From an uncultured bacterium (GTDB taxonomy: Bacteria; Auribacterota; Erginobacteria; Erginobacterales; Erginobacteraceae), in the NCBI GenBank assembly GCA_963822585.1, contig CAWGIE010000023.1, positions 64,001 through 128,000 of the forward strand: DNA of 64,000 nt. The letters run 5' to 3'. Below, piece by piece: positions 8,091 to 17,568 of the stretch (position 1 is the stretch's first letter; each line of letters opens with the position of its first letter). The notes below the pieces were generated by a model. The model saw only the letters and a program-made list of their open reading frames with translations, did no database searches and had not been told where the DNA came from. Position numbers and translations under genes: made by a program.

Positions 8091-8313
8091 CCCCGGCCCC
8101 TTTGAATAGCCGCAAAAAGGCGCAAAAACCGCAAAATGTTCCCCTGCCCCGGCCCCTTTGAATAGCCGCAAAAACGAAGTCCCGAGGAGACCGAACGGTC
8201 TCTTTTCGGGAGGCGCAAAAACCGCAAAATGTTCCTCTGCCCCGGCCCCTTTGAATAGCCGCAAAAACGAAGTCCCGAGGAGACCGAACGGTCTCTTTTC
8301 GGGAGGCGCAAAA
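8091..8313. repeat. Three tandem GCCGCAAAAA/GGCGCAAAA units; copies 2 and 3 carry a 37-bp hairpin insert
   Basis: Unit begins CCCCGGCCCCTTTGAATAGCCGCAAAAA; inserts at 8175-8211 and 8268-8304 are absent from copy 1. Confidence 0.88.
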
Positions 8314-8494
8314 GATCCCTCTACCCGGGCCTCATTTTTTAAGCACCTGATTAAACCGGCTATTCCCCTAATCGCGGTCCTTTTTTTTGATTCCTATCCG
8401 ACGGATCGGTCGGATCCGACGAATTCGACTGATCGGGAACGTTCATGCTTTTTCCATCCGGGCGAACACGGAAATTCACCCTACAGATTACCGA

Positions 8495-9754
8495 TTACTG
8501 ATCACCGATAACCATATCCTCCTCTCTCGCGACTTCGATCCGGGTCGGCAGCCCGACGTATCCCTCCATCCGGCGGGGATTCTCGATCCGGATGATGGCC
8601 GCGTTGTTGATCCAGTTCAGAGTGCGATAGGTGCCGGGCCCGGTAATGGATGAGGCGGCGGGGTTGATCGAGTAGGTTCCGGCGGCCAAGTCGGCGCGGT
8701 GGCGGAAAACCACCGTGCAGCGGTCTCCCTTCCGGAAGTTTTCCGGCGGCATTCCTTCCCAGTCGGTATTGGTTCCAAACACATTCAGCCCGAATTTGTT
8801 CCGGAAAATGTTGCCAAACGCGAACTTCTCCACATCCGTGTGGAAAGTGACGTGGAACCGGATGGAAAATTCTTCCCCGTTCCGGAAGCAGGTCTTCGGC
8901 TCTCCCTTTCCGTCCAGCAGCTCGATCGAGGAAATCTCCGCCTCCCCGGTACCGTAGCGGCTGTAGTCAGACGGCCGGTGCCGGGCCGCGGCCGCCTCCC
9001 CGGAGGAACGCTCGTCATCGCGCCCCTGGATCAGGGCCAGGTACTGGTCCGCTATCTCCCCCGGATCGCCCCGGGCCAGGAGCCGGGAATAATCCAGGAT
9101 CATGGCCTGGTGGCAGATGTTGCGCACGCTCTCGATGTCGTGGGTGACATAGACCAGGGTCTTCCCCTGCTCCTGAAAGTCGCGGATCTTCCGCATGCAC
9201 TTATGCTGGAAGTAGGCGTCGCCCACGGCCAGGACCTCGTCGATCAGCAGGATATCGGGGTCCAGGGTGACGGCGACCGCGAAGGCCAGCCTGACGTACA
9301 TCCCGCTGGAGTAGGTCTTGACCGGCTGATCGATGAACTCGCCGATCTCGGCGAAGGCCGCGATCTCGTCCATCGAGGCTTTAATCTCGCCGGGTTTGAG
9401 CCCCAGGATGATCCCGCTCAGAAAGGCGTTCTCGCGGCCGGTGAAATCGGGGTTGAAACCGGCGCCCAACTCCAGGATGGTCGAGACCCGTCCCCGGACG
9501 GAGACGGTCCCCCCGGTCGGTTCCATGATCCCGGCCATCAGCTGGAGGATGGTTGTCTTGCCGGAGCCGTTCTGACCCAGGATACCCAGCGTGACCCCGG
9601 AGGGGACCTCCAGGCTGATATCCCGCAGGGCCCAGAACTCGCGGTGATACCGCCGCCGATCCCGCCGGAGAGCTTCCTGCAAGCGCTGGAGGGGACTCTC
9701 GTAGATCGGGTATTTCTTGGAGACGTTCTTCAGTGTTATGGCATTTTCACTCAT
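8495..9754 (-). CDS. wzt: Polysaccharide ABC exporter ATPase with C-terminal Wzt-C domain
   Basis: GQNGSGKT, LELGAGFNPDFTGREN, YSSGMYVRLAF, LLIDEVLAVGD. Confidence 0.93.
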   Translation of the reverse strand: MSENAITLKNVSKKYPIYESPLQRLQEALRRDRRRYHREFWALRDISLEVPSGVTLGILGQNGSGKTTILQLMAGIMEPTGGTVSVRGRVSTILELGAGFNPDFTGRENAFLSGIILGLKPGEIKASMDEIAAFAEIGEFIDQPVKTYSSGMYVRLAFAVAVTLDPDILLIDEVLAVGDAYFQHKCMRKIRDFQEQGKTLVYVTHDIESVRNICHQAMILDYSRLLARGDPGEIADQYLALIQGRDDERSSGEAAAARHRPSDYSRYGTGEAEISSIELLDGKGEPKTCFRNGEEFSIRFHVTFHTDVEKFAFGNIFRNKFGLNVFGTNTDWEGMPPENFRKGDRCTVVFRHRADLAAGTYSINPAASSITGPGTYRTLNWINNAAIIRIENPRRMEGYVGLPTRIEVAREEDMVIGDQ

Positions 9755-9780
9755 GACCGCAATTTGAATTCATTCAACAA

Positions 9781-9875
9781 GGAATAATGGAGTATTGGAG
9801 TGATGGAGTAATGGGTGGCAGCCGCGGCGGCCGCCCGGTTTCCAACACTCCACTACTCCAGCACTCCATCACTCC
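9781..9875. repeat. Imperfect palindrome of 8-mer repeats (GGAGTAAT)n..(ACTCC)n
   Basis: Related copies at 32854-32931 and 34750-34828. Confidence 0.85.
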
Positions 9876-9885
9876 GGTTTTTGTA

Positions 9886-10695
9886 TTAAATCACGTCAAC
9901 AAATGCCTTCTTCGTCTTGTTGTACCACCAGAGGCCAAACAGGAAGAGTACCGCTCCCAGAATCAGAACGTAAAAGTACATGGTCCAGTCGGGCAGACGT
10001 CCCCGGAGGAGGATCTCCCGGTAGTTGTGGATCAGGGCGGCGGCCGGGTTCACCGTCAGCCAGAAAGACAGTTTGCCCCCGAAGGCCTGCCTCAGGAAGT
10101 ACTCCGGATAAAAGATCGGGGTCAGGAACATCCAGCAGAGCGTCCCCAGCGAGACGGCCTGCCTGATATCGCGGATGAAGACGGCGATCCCGGCCAGTAC
10201 CCAGCCGATCCCGGCGGTGAGGAGAAGCTGGGGGATGATCAGAAGCGGAATCAGGAGCCAGGTCCAGAAGGGACCCGATCCCAGTACCAGTATCCCGGCC
10301 AGGAGAACGACCAGCCCGATGCACTGGTGGACGAGAGCCGAGCAGACGGCCTTCAGGGGAAGGACCTCGGCGGGGAAGATGACTTTCTTCACCATGCTGA
10401 CATTTTCGATGACCACCGTCGTGCAGCGGTTGAGGCCCTCGCTGATCGCCAGCCAGACCACGATCCCGCAGAAGACTTCGAGAGCGTAAGCCGAGAGGCG
10501 GGGATCGTTCTCCAGGCGGAGGCCGAGCAGGCCGCCGAAGACGGCGGTATAGATAACCAGGAGGGCGATCGGCTCGATAACCGACCAGACCACCCCGAAG
10601 ACGGACCCCCGGTACTTCCCCAGAACGTCCCGTTTCACCAGGGCGTAGAGCAGATATTTATGCCGGATTAGCTCTGTCAAATCGCGTAAAAGCAT
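9886..10695 (-). CDS. wzm: Polysaccharide ABC exporter permease
   Basis: KYRGSVFGVVWSVIEP, KKVIFPAEVLP, FLTPIFYP, NP motif; adjacent to wzt. Confidence 0.93.
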   Translation of the reverse strand: MLLRDLTELIRHKYLLYALVKRDVLGKYRGSVFGVVWSVIEPIALLVIYTAVFGGLLGLRLENDPRLSAYALEVFCGIVVWLAISEGLNRCTTVVIENVSMVKKVIFPAEVLPLKAVCSALVHQCIGLVVLLAGILVLGSGPFWTWLLIPLLIIPQLLLTAGIGWVLAGIAVFIRDIRQAVSLGTLCWMFLTPIFYPEYFLRQAFGGKLSFWLTVNPAAALIHNYREILLRGRLPDWTMYFYVLILGAVLFLFGLWWYNKTKKAFVDVI

Positions 10696-10954
10696 TGGAA
10701 TACCGCGTATTCAGCGTTATCAACAGTCCCGAGAAGTCGATGATTGCAATGAGGCAAGAATAGCATTCCCCGAGGGACAAATCATCATTTTTATATCTCT
10801 CTCCGCGCCGCCGTATGATATCATGCGCCCTGTTCGGAATGAGAAAACAATGCTCCCGGCAAAAACAGAGAGCCGGCGAGTAAGGTAAAAATCCGCGGAC
10901 CGAGTTATCGAAACGGAAAGGGTCGAGACTTCATTCCCGGCCGCCAGACTGCTG

Positions 10955-11956
10955 ATGTTTACTCTGTCAGGGATAAAGAAAAGAGGTGGCAACATTCTCC
11001 GCTCCCTCTGCCGGCGAGACGCCAATTTCTGGGACGCGGCCGTAAAATCGATCCGTCGGAAAGGAGGCAAACCCCGGGACGTGACGATGCCCCCCGGTGT
11101 CATTTTCTTTGAGAACCTCTACCTCTGGGAGCGGGCGGTTATGGAGCCCATCAGCGGCCGCCGCCAGGATACCCCGGTGGACTGGTTCTTCCGGACGTTC
11201 GTTAAGGAAAAGGCATCCCGCGCCCTCAGTATTTCCTGCGGGACCGGATTCTGGGAGAGAAGAATTGCCGAGATGGGGTTTGCCGCGGAGGTTGACGCCT
11301 TTGATTATTCCCGGGCCTGTCTGGACTGGGCCGCGGATCTGGCCCGCAAGGGCGGCCTGAATAATATAAACTACTGGCAAGCCGATATTAATAAGATCAG
11401 TCTGATACCGGAACATTATGACTTCGCGATCTCAGTGGCCGCGCTTCATCATGTCAGTAATCTGGATTACGTCCTGCAGGAAATCAATCGTTCTCTGAAG
11501 CCGGGGGGCGTTTTTTTCTTCGATGAATACGTGGGACCGAACCGGATGCAATGGCCCGACGAAGTCTTGCGGATAGTGAACAGCGTTCTTAAAATCATGC
11601 CGCCTCGGTACCGGAAGGATCTCTCCGGCCGGATCAAAGAAAGAGAAGAACGCGTCCCGGTTAACAAGATGATCAAGATCGATCCCACTGAAGCCGTCCG
11701 CTCCGCGGATATCCTGGATGTCGCCGGCCGCTATTTCGAGGTGCTGGAGAAGCGGGAATACGGGGGAGCCATCCTGATGCCCCTCTTCATGAACATTATC
11801 GGCAACTTCGATGCCGCGCGGGAGGAGGACCGACGCATTCTCGATTTTTGCCTGTATCTGGAAAAGAGTTTGCTTGAAAACGGAGTTATTAAAGCCAACG
11901 GGGTGGTGGCAGCCTGCCGGAAAAAGGAGAGCACAGTTTCACCGAGAACTTGCTGA
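10955..11956 (+). CDS. Class I SAM-dependent methyltransferase
   Basis: ALSISCGTG, DAFDYS, ALHHV, LKPGGVFFFDEYVGP. Confidence 0.88.
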   Translation: MFTLSGIKKRGGNILRSLCRRDANFWDAAVKSIRRKGGKPRDVTMPPGVIFFENLYLWERAVMEPISGRRQDTPVDWFFRTFVKEKASRALSISCGTGFWERRIAEMGFAAEVDAFDYSRACLDWAADLARKGGLNNINYWQADINKISLIPEHYDFAISVAALHHVSNLDYVLQEINRSLKPGGVFFFDEYVGPNRMQWPDEVLRIVNSVLKIMPPRYRKDLSGRIKEREERVPVNKMIKIDPTEAVRSADILDVAGRYFEVLEKREYGGAILMPLFMNIIGNFDAAREEDRRILDFCLYLEKSLLENGVIKANGVVAACRKKESTVSPRTC

Positions 11957-11961
11957 GGCCC

Positions 11962-12960
11962 ATGGGAACAGAAAATGACAAAATGACCTTTGACCAGCTC
12001 CAGCGATATCGTTTCTGCGCGGACGTGGTTGAGACGACCCGGCGGAAAAAGCATTTAACCATTCTGGACGCCGGCAGCCACCAGGGGTATCTCGCTTCGT
12101 TTCTCCCGGAAGACCGCATCTTCAACCTCGACCGGTGTTCTTTTCCCGAACGCGGGTTTGTCCGGGGGAACGTTCTTTCCCTGCCCTTTTCCGACGCCGC
12201 TCTCGACGTCTCCGTCTCCCTCGACATACTGGAACACATCGCCGGGCCGGACCGCGTCTCTTTTCTCGATGAACTCTCCCGGGCCAGCGGGGATATCCTG
12301 GTGATCGGGGCCCCTTTCTCAGGCCCGGAAATCAGGGAAGCTGAAAAACTGGCCCTCGAGTTTTGCGTAAAAATGACCGGCGCGGAGCATGGCTTTCTGG
12401 CCGAGCACCGAAAGGAAGGGCTCCCGGCATTGGACGAGGTCACCGGATGGGCGGCAACGCGCGGATTTCAGACGGTGGTACTTCCCAACGGCTATCTCTA
12501 CCACTGGCTTTTAATGATCTGCTTGAACTTCTATCTGGCCCAGTTGAAGGAACCCTGGGAATTTATTTTTGCCGTCAACCGGTTTTATTTCAACCGGTTT
12601 TACGCGCACGATAACCGGGAACCCTCATACCGCCACTTTGTCGTCATCAGTAAAAAAGGAGCTCTCGATCAGGAAGCTCTGCGGAAGGTATCTGTTTCCC
12701 CGGATACATCACCGATGCCGGATCTGGGGACCGTGCTGAAAGAGATGAATCGAATCCTGGATTTCGTCCACACGGAGGAAGTCTCGCGATTGGCCGATGA
12801 GCTCGGGGCGTTGAGAAAGAAACGGGATGAACTCTCGGAGAAGCTGGATCGGACAACGGTCCGGCTGGAAACACTCCGGGCCGAACTGGAAGGCATCAAA
12901 TCCACCCGGGCTTATCGTATCTACCGGAAGACCGTGGGGAGATTCAGGAAAAACACATAA
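11962..12960 (+). CDS. SAM-dependent methyltransferase with C-terminal coiled coil (WbdD-like glycan cap/ruler architecture)
   Basis: ILDAGS, LPFSD, LDILEHI; heptad-rich tail ending STRAYRIY; next to wzm/wzt. Confidence 0.75.
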   Translation: MGTENDKMTFDQLQRYRFCADVVETTRRKKHLTILDAGSHQGYLASFLPEDRIFNLDRCSFPERGFVRGNVLSLPFSDAALDVSVSLDILEHIAGPDRVSFLDELSRASGDILVIGAPFSGPEIREAEKLALEFCVKMTGAEHGFLAEHRKEGLPALDEVTGWAATRGFQTVVLPNGYLYHWLLMICLNFYLAQLKEPWEFIFAVNRFYFNRFYAHDNREPSYRHFVVISKKGALDQEALRKVSVSPDTSPMPDLGTVLKEMNRILDFVHTEEVSRLADELGALRKKRDELSEKLDRTTVRLETLRAELEGIKSTRAYRIYRKTVGRFRKNT

Positions 12961-12983
12961 AGTTAAATGATTCTTTCCATCCG

Positions 12984-15900
12984 TTACCGGGTGATGGGGA
13001 TATCGCCGACGGAACCGAAATAGACCCGGGTGGTCCCCCTGACCGCCCAGAGACCCGCGTTTTCCCGGAAGATACCGAGCTCGTCTCCGGGGGAGCCGTT
13101 ATAATTGCCCGGCACCGGCCGGTCGGACGCGCTGCCGAAGTAACTCCTGGTCACGCCCCTGATCGCCCAGAGTCCGGAGGAGGGACGGAATATCCCCGTT
13201 TCCCAGACCGTGTCCCCGTTATAGTCGCCGGGGACGATCAGGTCGTAACCGTTGCCGAAGTATACGCGGCTCACCCCCCGGATGGCCCAGAGTCCTGACG
13301 TCGGCCGGAAAACGGCCATGTTTTTTCCGGGCGCCGTTCCATACCGGCCGGGGACGGGCTGATCGCCCGATCCTCCGAAATACACCCGGCTGATCCCACG
13401 GATCGCCCAGAGGCCGCTGTTACGCCGCCAGATCCCCAGATCGCAGCGGCCGTCGCCGTTGTAATCCCCGGGAACCGGGGTGTCGGAGGAGGAGCCGAAA
13501 TAAACCCTGGTTACCCCTTTCACCGCCCAGAGGCCGGAACCCGGCCGGAAGAGTCCGATGTCGGTTGTACCGTTTCCGTCATAATCCCCCGAAACCGGCA
13601 GGTCGGAACCTGAACCGAAATACGCCCGGGTGATGCCTCTCACCGCCCAGAGACCGGCGGATGGCCGGAAGATGGCGATATCCGCAGAGCCATCACCATT
13701 GTAATCGCCGGAACCGAGGATCAGTGAACCGGAATCAGGCGTGGGTGACGGTCGGGGACCAGGAATTACCGGATTTCCCCTTACCGCCCGGACATAATAA
13801 CTATACGTTTTTGGAAATAAATCCCCGCCACCACCGAGTAAAGAAACCGTCCAGGCCTTGGTTTCGGCATCCTGGTACATCGAAGTCGAAGACCAATACA
13901 AATCGTTATGGGTACCGGAAAAAACAGAATTAATAGCGGGGTTATAATTACCCAGGTCCACAATACTGTATAATTCCATTTGATTAGGCAGCCGCCAATC
14001 GGAATAACCCGCGAAGGGCTGCTGATTAAGTCCCTGGATATACTGAAAAGCGCCTTCCCAGTCCTTCTTATTTCCGCTGTCACTCTGCTGCCAGACCAGC
14101 CCGGTGACGGTATCGGAAACCGTGCCATTACCGTTATCAATAAATCGGCTGCTCCCATCTCGGGGGAAACCGGCCTGATTGGCGCCGTCGTCGCCGAGAT
14201 CATACCATCCGGAGGGGTGGACGACCTCCGTCTGCCCGGTCCGAGGAAATCCAATCAAGCTGATTCCGTTATAAAAACTGCGGCACGCCCGAACGACACC
14301 CAAGACGTCGGGGGTAATTCCAGCGGACAGAAGCTGACCATAAGAATAATTGAGGCGGAATATTTCCGTGGGGCCGCTCCCCCCGGTACAACTGGAGGAC
14401 CAATAAGGATCGTAAACGGTGTCAACGAAAACGACGGGAAAGGAGAAACTTTTCCCCAGATCGCGGGTGGAAAGTAACTCAAGACAATTGGGAAGACGCC
14501 AATCGGAATATCCGCCATAGGCGGCATAGTTCATCCGGGCGATATACTGAAAGGCTTCTTCCCAGGTCATGGAGCCATGAAGGTCGCCGAAGGTTTCTCC
14601 ATGGCTGCAATTTTTCTGCCACATCAATCCGGTGGCCCAGTCGATGACGGTACCATTTCCGGTGTCCTCCCAGCGGGTACCGGATGCCGGATAACCGATC
14701 TGGGTCACACCATCATCCCCTTGATCATAGCTCCCTGCCTCATGATAGTGGGACGTCTGGCCGGTCCGGGGCAAGCCGTAATAGAGGTGCGTGTAGGGTG
14801 GTGGGGGTGGGCCGGGAGGCGGGGTTGGTCCCCAGGCCGGCGTCGGGCCCATGCCCGGTGTCGGGGTCGTGGTTTGAGGGCCGATGTACTGCCCGGGGCC
14901 GCCGATCACCGCCTTGACGAAAAGTTCCTCGGACTCAAGACGAAAAAGGGCGCCGCCGGTGGTGAAATTAAAAACCCAATGATCATTAACTACCTTATGC
15001 CGTGTGGTGCTGGTCCAGTGGTCCTCGGCGACAGTGAATCCTTGAAAGATCGGATCCACTGCCGGCCAAAAATGGCTGTAATCAAACAAACTGACGAGTT
15101 CCTGATAATTCGGCAAGCGCCATTGGGAATATCCGCCGACATGGCGTTTATTCATTTCCCGCACATAAAGGAATGCCTCTTCCCAGGTTAGTCTTCCGCT
15201 GTATTCACCCACGGGGAGATACGCGCTGTCGGTTTTCTGCCAGATCAAGCCGGATGCGCGGTCAGTCACCGTGCCGTCGTCATTATCGGTAAACCTTTCC
15301 CCCTGGCCGGCGGGATATCCGGCTTGAATCGCGCCGTCGTCACCCGGATCATTTCCTGAAGGATAATGAATGATATTGGTCTGTCCGGTCCGGGGGAAGC
15401 CCCAGGTCCCGGACTCGGGGTTCAGGGACCTTACCGCCCGGACGTAGCCGGAGTCTTCGGAGGAGTTCTCCATATTGATCCAAGCGGTAAGACCCTCATC
15501 GAAATTCACCTGGTAACAACTTCTCCCATTGATCAGGTCGGCATAAGTGGTGGATCCCCAATAGCCGACATCAGTTTTAATCCCGGTAAAGAGCGATGAA
15601 ATTGCCGGGTAGGACCGACCTAGATCCGTTAAGGAAAAAATCTCCTTGACGTTGGGCAGCCGCCAGTCTCCATAGCCTTTGAAATTTTGACTATTCAGCG
15701 ATGCCACGTAAGCAAAAGCATTGTTCCAGGTCATCTTATACCCACTGTCTCCCTGCTGCCACATAAGCCCGGTCGCATGGTCAGTCACCGTCCCGTTTCC
15801 GTTGTCCTGAAATCTGGTCCCGGTCAGAGGGTAACCGACCTGGGTGGAACCGTCGTCACCCAGGTTGTAATCGCTCCCCGAGTAGAAAACTGCGGTCTGG

Positions 15901-17087
15901 CCGGTCTTGGGAACGCCATAGCGGGGATAGGGGGTTGGAGAGGGATGGGGAGGAGAGGGGGTGGGAACGTAAACGGGTCCGCCTCGAACCGCCCGGATAT
16001 AGTTGGAAGAACTCTTATCCGTGGGGAGCCGCCAGCCCGATGACCAGGCGACAGTCCAGGCCGAAGTAGCGGGGATTACTCCCCAGCGGGTGGTGCTGCT
16101 CCAGTAAGACGCTTTCTGAGTATAATCCTTAAAGATGGGATCGATAATCGGCCAGAAATAGCCGAAATCAAGCAACGAGACCAGCTCCATATAATTAGGC
16201 ATCCGCCAGTCGGTATAACCGGCATATGCCTGGGCGTTCATGGCGGCAATGTAAGCAAATCCTTCTTCCCAGGTCAGGGAGCCGGAGTAACCACCGAATG
16301 ATTGGGAAGCACTATCTTTCTGCTGCCAGACCAGACCGGTCGCCGCCTGGCCCACCGTCCCGTTTCCGTAATCAACAAAGCTTGACCCGGTACGCGGAAA
16401 ACCGCTCCGGGTGGCTCCATCGTCACCCGGATAGAAGCTCTGTGTCTGACCGGTCCTGGGAAAGCCAACGGTTCCGGACGTGGGGAGATACGACCTCACC
16501 GCCTTGACATAATAGCTGAACTGGCTTGCCAGGGAGACAAACTGCACATGGCCTTCCAGAAAAATTACCACATATATTTTTTGATCGTTTTGAATATCAA
16601 GAGAAGTGCCGGACCAATATTCCGCGCCCTGCAAGGACAATATATTATAACTGGCCGGTGCCCAGATCCCGGCATTGGTGAGAGATGCTAATTCCTTGAT
16701 GTTGGGCATCCTCCAATCGCTGTAACCGCCGTATTTCGCCTGATTCATCGCGGCCACGTAAGCAAAAGCGTTGGTCCAAGTCAACTTCCCACCCCAGCCC
16801 CCGAAGGTCTGGCTGTAACTATCCTGTTTCTGCCACATCAAGCCGGTGTCCCCGTCGGTCAGGGTCCCGTTCCCGTTATCGTGAAAAGACAGGCTTCTCC
16901 TCCCGTTTAAAGGATAGCCGGCCCTGATCGTTCCATCATCACCCAGGTCAAATCCGTTGGGAGAATGATAAATATCAAACTGGCCGGTCCGGGGCAGACC
17001 ATAGTCTACAGCGGCAACACCGCCGGGGACAAAGAGCCCGAAAATTAGCAGGAGCAAAATAGCTGTTATTTTCCCATCCGATTTCAT
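12984..17087 (-). CDS. Secreted protein with six DUF1566 (Lcl C-terminal) domains, Pro/Thr linkers and C-terminal FG-GAP-like repeats
   Basis: Six units of PRTGQ..DDG..DNGNGTVTDxxTGLxWQ..GYxDWRLPNxxEL..YWSST..VRAVR; likely start MKSDGK at 17087. Confidence 0.9.
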   Translation of the reverse strand: MKSDGKITAILLLLIFGLFVPGGVAAVDYGLPRTGQFDIYHSPNGFDLGDDGTIRAGYPLNGRRSLSFHDNGNGTLTDGDTGLMWQKQDSYSQTFGGWGGKLTWTNAFAYVAAMNQAKYGGYSDWRMPNIKELASLTNAGIWAPASYNILSLQGAEYWSGTSLDIQNDQKIYVVIFLEGHVQFVSLASQFSYYVKAVRSYLPTSGTVGFPRTGQTQSFYPGDDGATRSGFPRTGSSFVDYGNGTVGQAATGLVWQQKDSASQSFGGYSGSLTWEEGFAYIAAMNAQAYAGYTDWRMPNYMELVSLLDFGYFWPIIDPIFKDYTQKASYWSSTTRWGVIPATSAWTVAWSSGWRLPTDKSSSNYIRAVRGGPVYVPTPSPPHPSPTPYPRYGVPKTGQTAVFYSGSDYNLGDDGSTQVGYPLTGTRFQDNGNGTVTDHATGLMWQQGDSGYKMTWNNAFAYVASLNSQNFKGYGDWRLPNVKEIFSLTDLGRSYPAISSLFTGIKTDVGYWGSTTYADLINGRSCYQVNFDEGLTAWINMENSSEDSGYVRAVRSLNPESGTWGFPRTGQTNIIHYPSGNDPGDDGAIQAGYPAGQGERFTDNDDGTVTDRASGLIWQKTDSAYLPVGEYSGRLTWEEAFLYVREMNKRHVGGYSQWRLPNYQELVSLFDYSHFWPAVDPIFQGFTVAEDHWTSTTRHKVVNDHWVFNFTTGGALFRLESEELFVKAVIGGPGQYIGPQTTTPTPGMGPTPAWGPTPPPGPPPPPYTHLYYGLPRTGQTSHYHEAGSYDQGDDGVTQIGYPASGTRWEDTGNGTVIDWATGLMWQKNCSHGETFGDLHGSMTWEEAFQYIARMNYAAYGGYSDWRLPNCLELLSTRDLGKSFSFPVVFVDTVYDPYWSSSCTGGSGPTEIFRLNYSYGQLLSAGITPDVLGVVRACRSFYNGISLIGFPRTGQTEVVHPSGWYDLGDDGANQAGFPRDGSSRFIDNGNGTVSDTVTGLVWQQSDSGNKKDWEGAFQYIQGLNQQPFAGYSDWRLPNQMELYSIVDLGNYNPAINSVFSGTHNDLYWSSTSMYQDAETKAWTVSLLGGGGDLFPKTYSYYVRAVRGNPVIPGPRPSPTPDSGSLILGSGDYNGDGSADIAIFRPSAGLWAVRGITRAYFGSGSDLPVSGDYDGNGTTDIGLFRPGSGLWAVKGVTRVYFGSSSDTPVPGDYNGDGRCDLGIWRRNSGLWAIRGISRVYFGGSGDQPVPGRYGTAPGKNMAVFRPTSGLWAIRGVSRVYFGNGYDLIVPGDYNGDTVWETGIFRPSSGLWAIRGVTRSYFGSASDRPVPGNYNGSPGDELGIFRENAGLWAVRGTTRVYFGSVGDIPITR

Positions 17088-17375
17088 TAAATATTCCTTA
17101 TCCAACCTTTGCTTATTATTATTGTACCACATTTTCAAAACTGATGCCAAGATTGATTGGTCAGCTCTCGTTAACCATCTTACATATAGTAACCCCTGTT
17201 ATTCGGCTACAGCAGACTGTTTTTTCTTAACCGATAGGCCAATAATGTGTTTCTGCTCGCGGTAATGTAATAAATGATAGATATTGGCCAACAAGTAATT
17301 GCCCGGAAGCATAATATGATTATTACTTCATACCACTTACTATCCATGACAACCCCGGCATTTTTCAAAACTAAC

Positions 17376-17442
17376 CTGATTTATGCATAAATCAGATTAA
17401 GGGGCGTTTATCTTGACCATCCCCGGGAGCCTGATATAACAT
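17376..17442 (+). promoter_or_regulatory. 20-bp palindrome followed by a sigma70-like promoter
   Basis: CTGATTTATGCATAAATCAG (17376-17395), then TTGACC (17413)..TATAAC/TAACAT, in the divergent intergenic region. Confidence 0.4.
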
Positions 17443-17568
17443 TTAATCATATTTTTCGACGATTCAATAGCGGCATCGCTTCAGCGCTCAATCCCCGACC
17501 GGGCGGTCGATGCCGAAGTTCATGGCACGCCCTCCTAAACAGAGCTAAGAACTCTTACCCTGGCAGAG

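Noticed and set aside
12984..17560. Complete diversity-generating retroelement
   Set aside because: No reverse transcriptase and no template repeat seen in this window.
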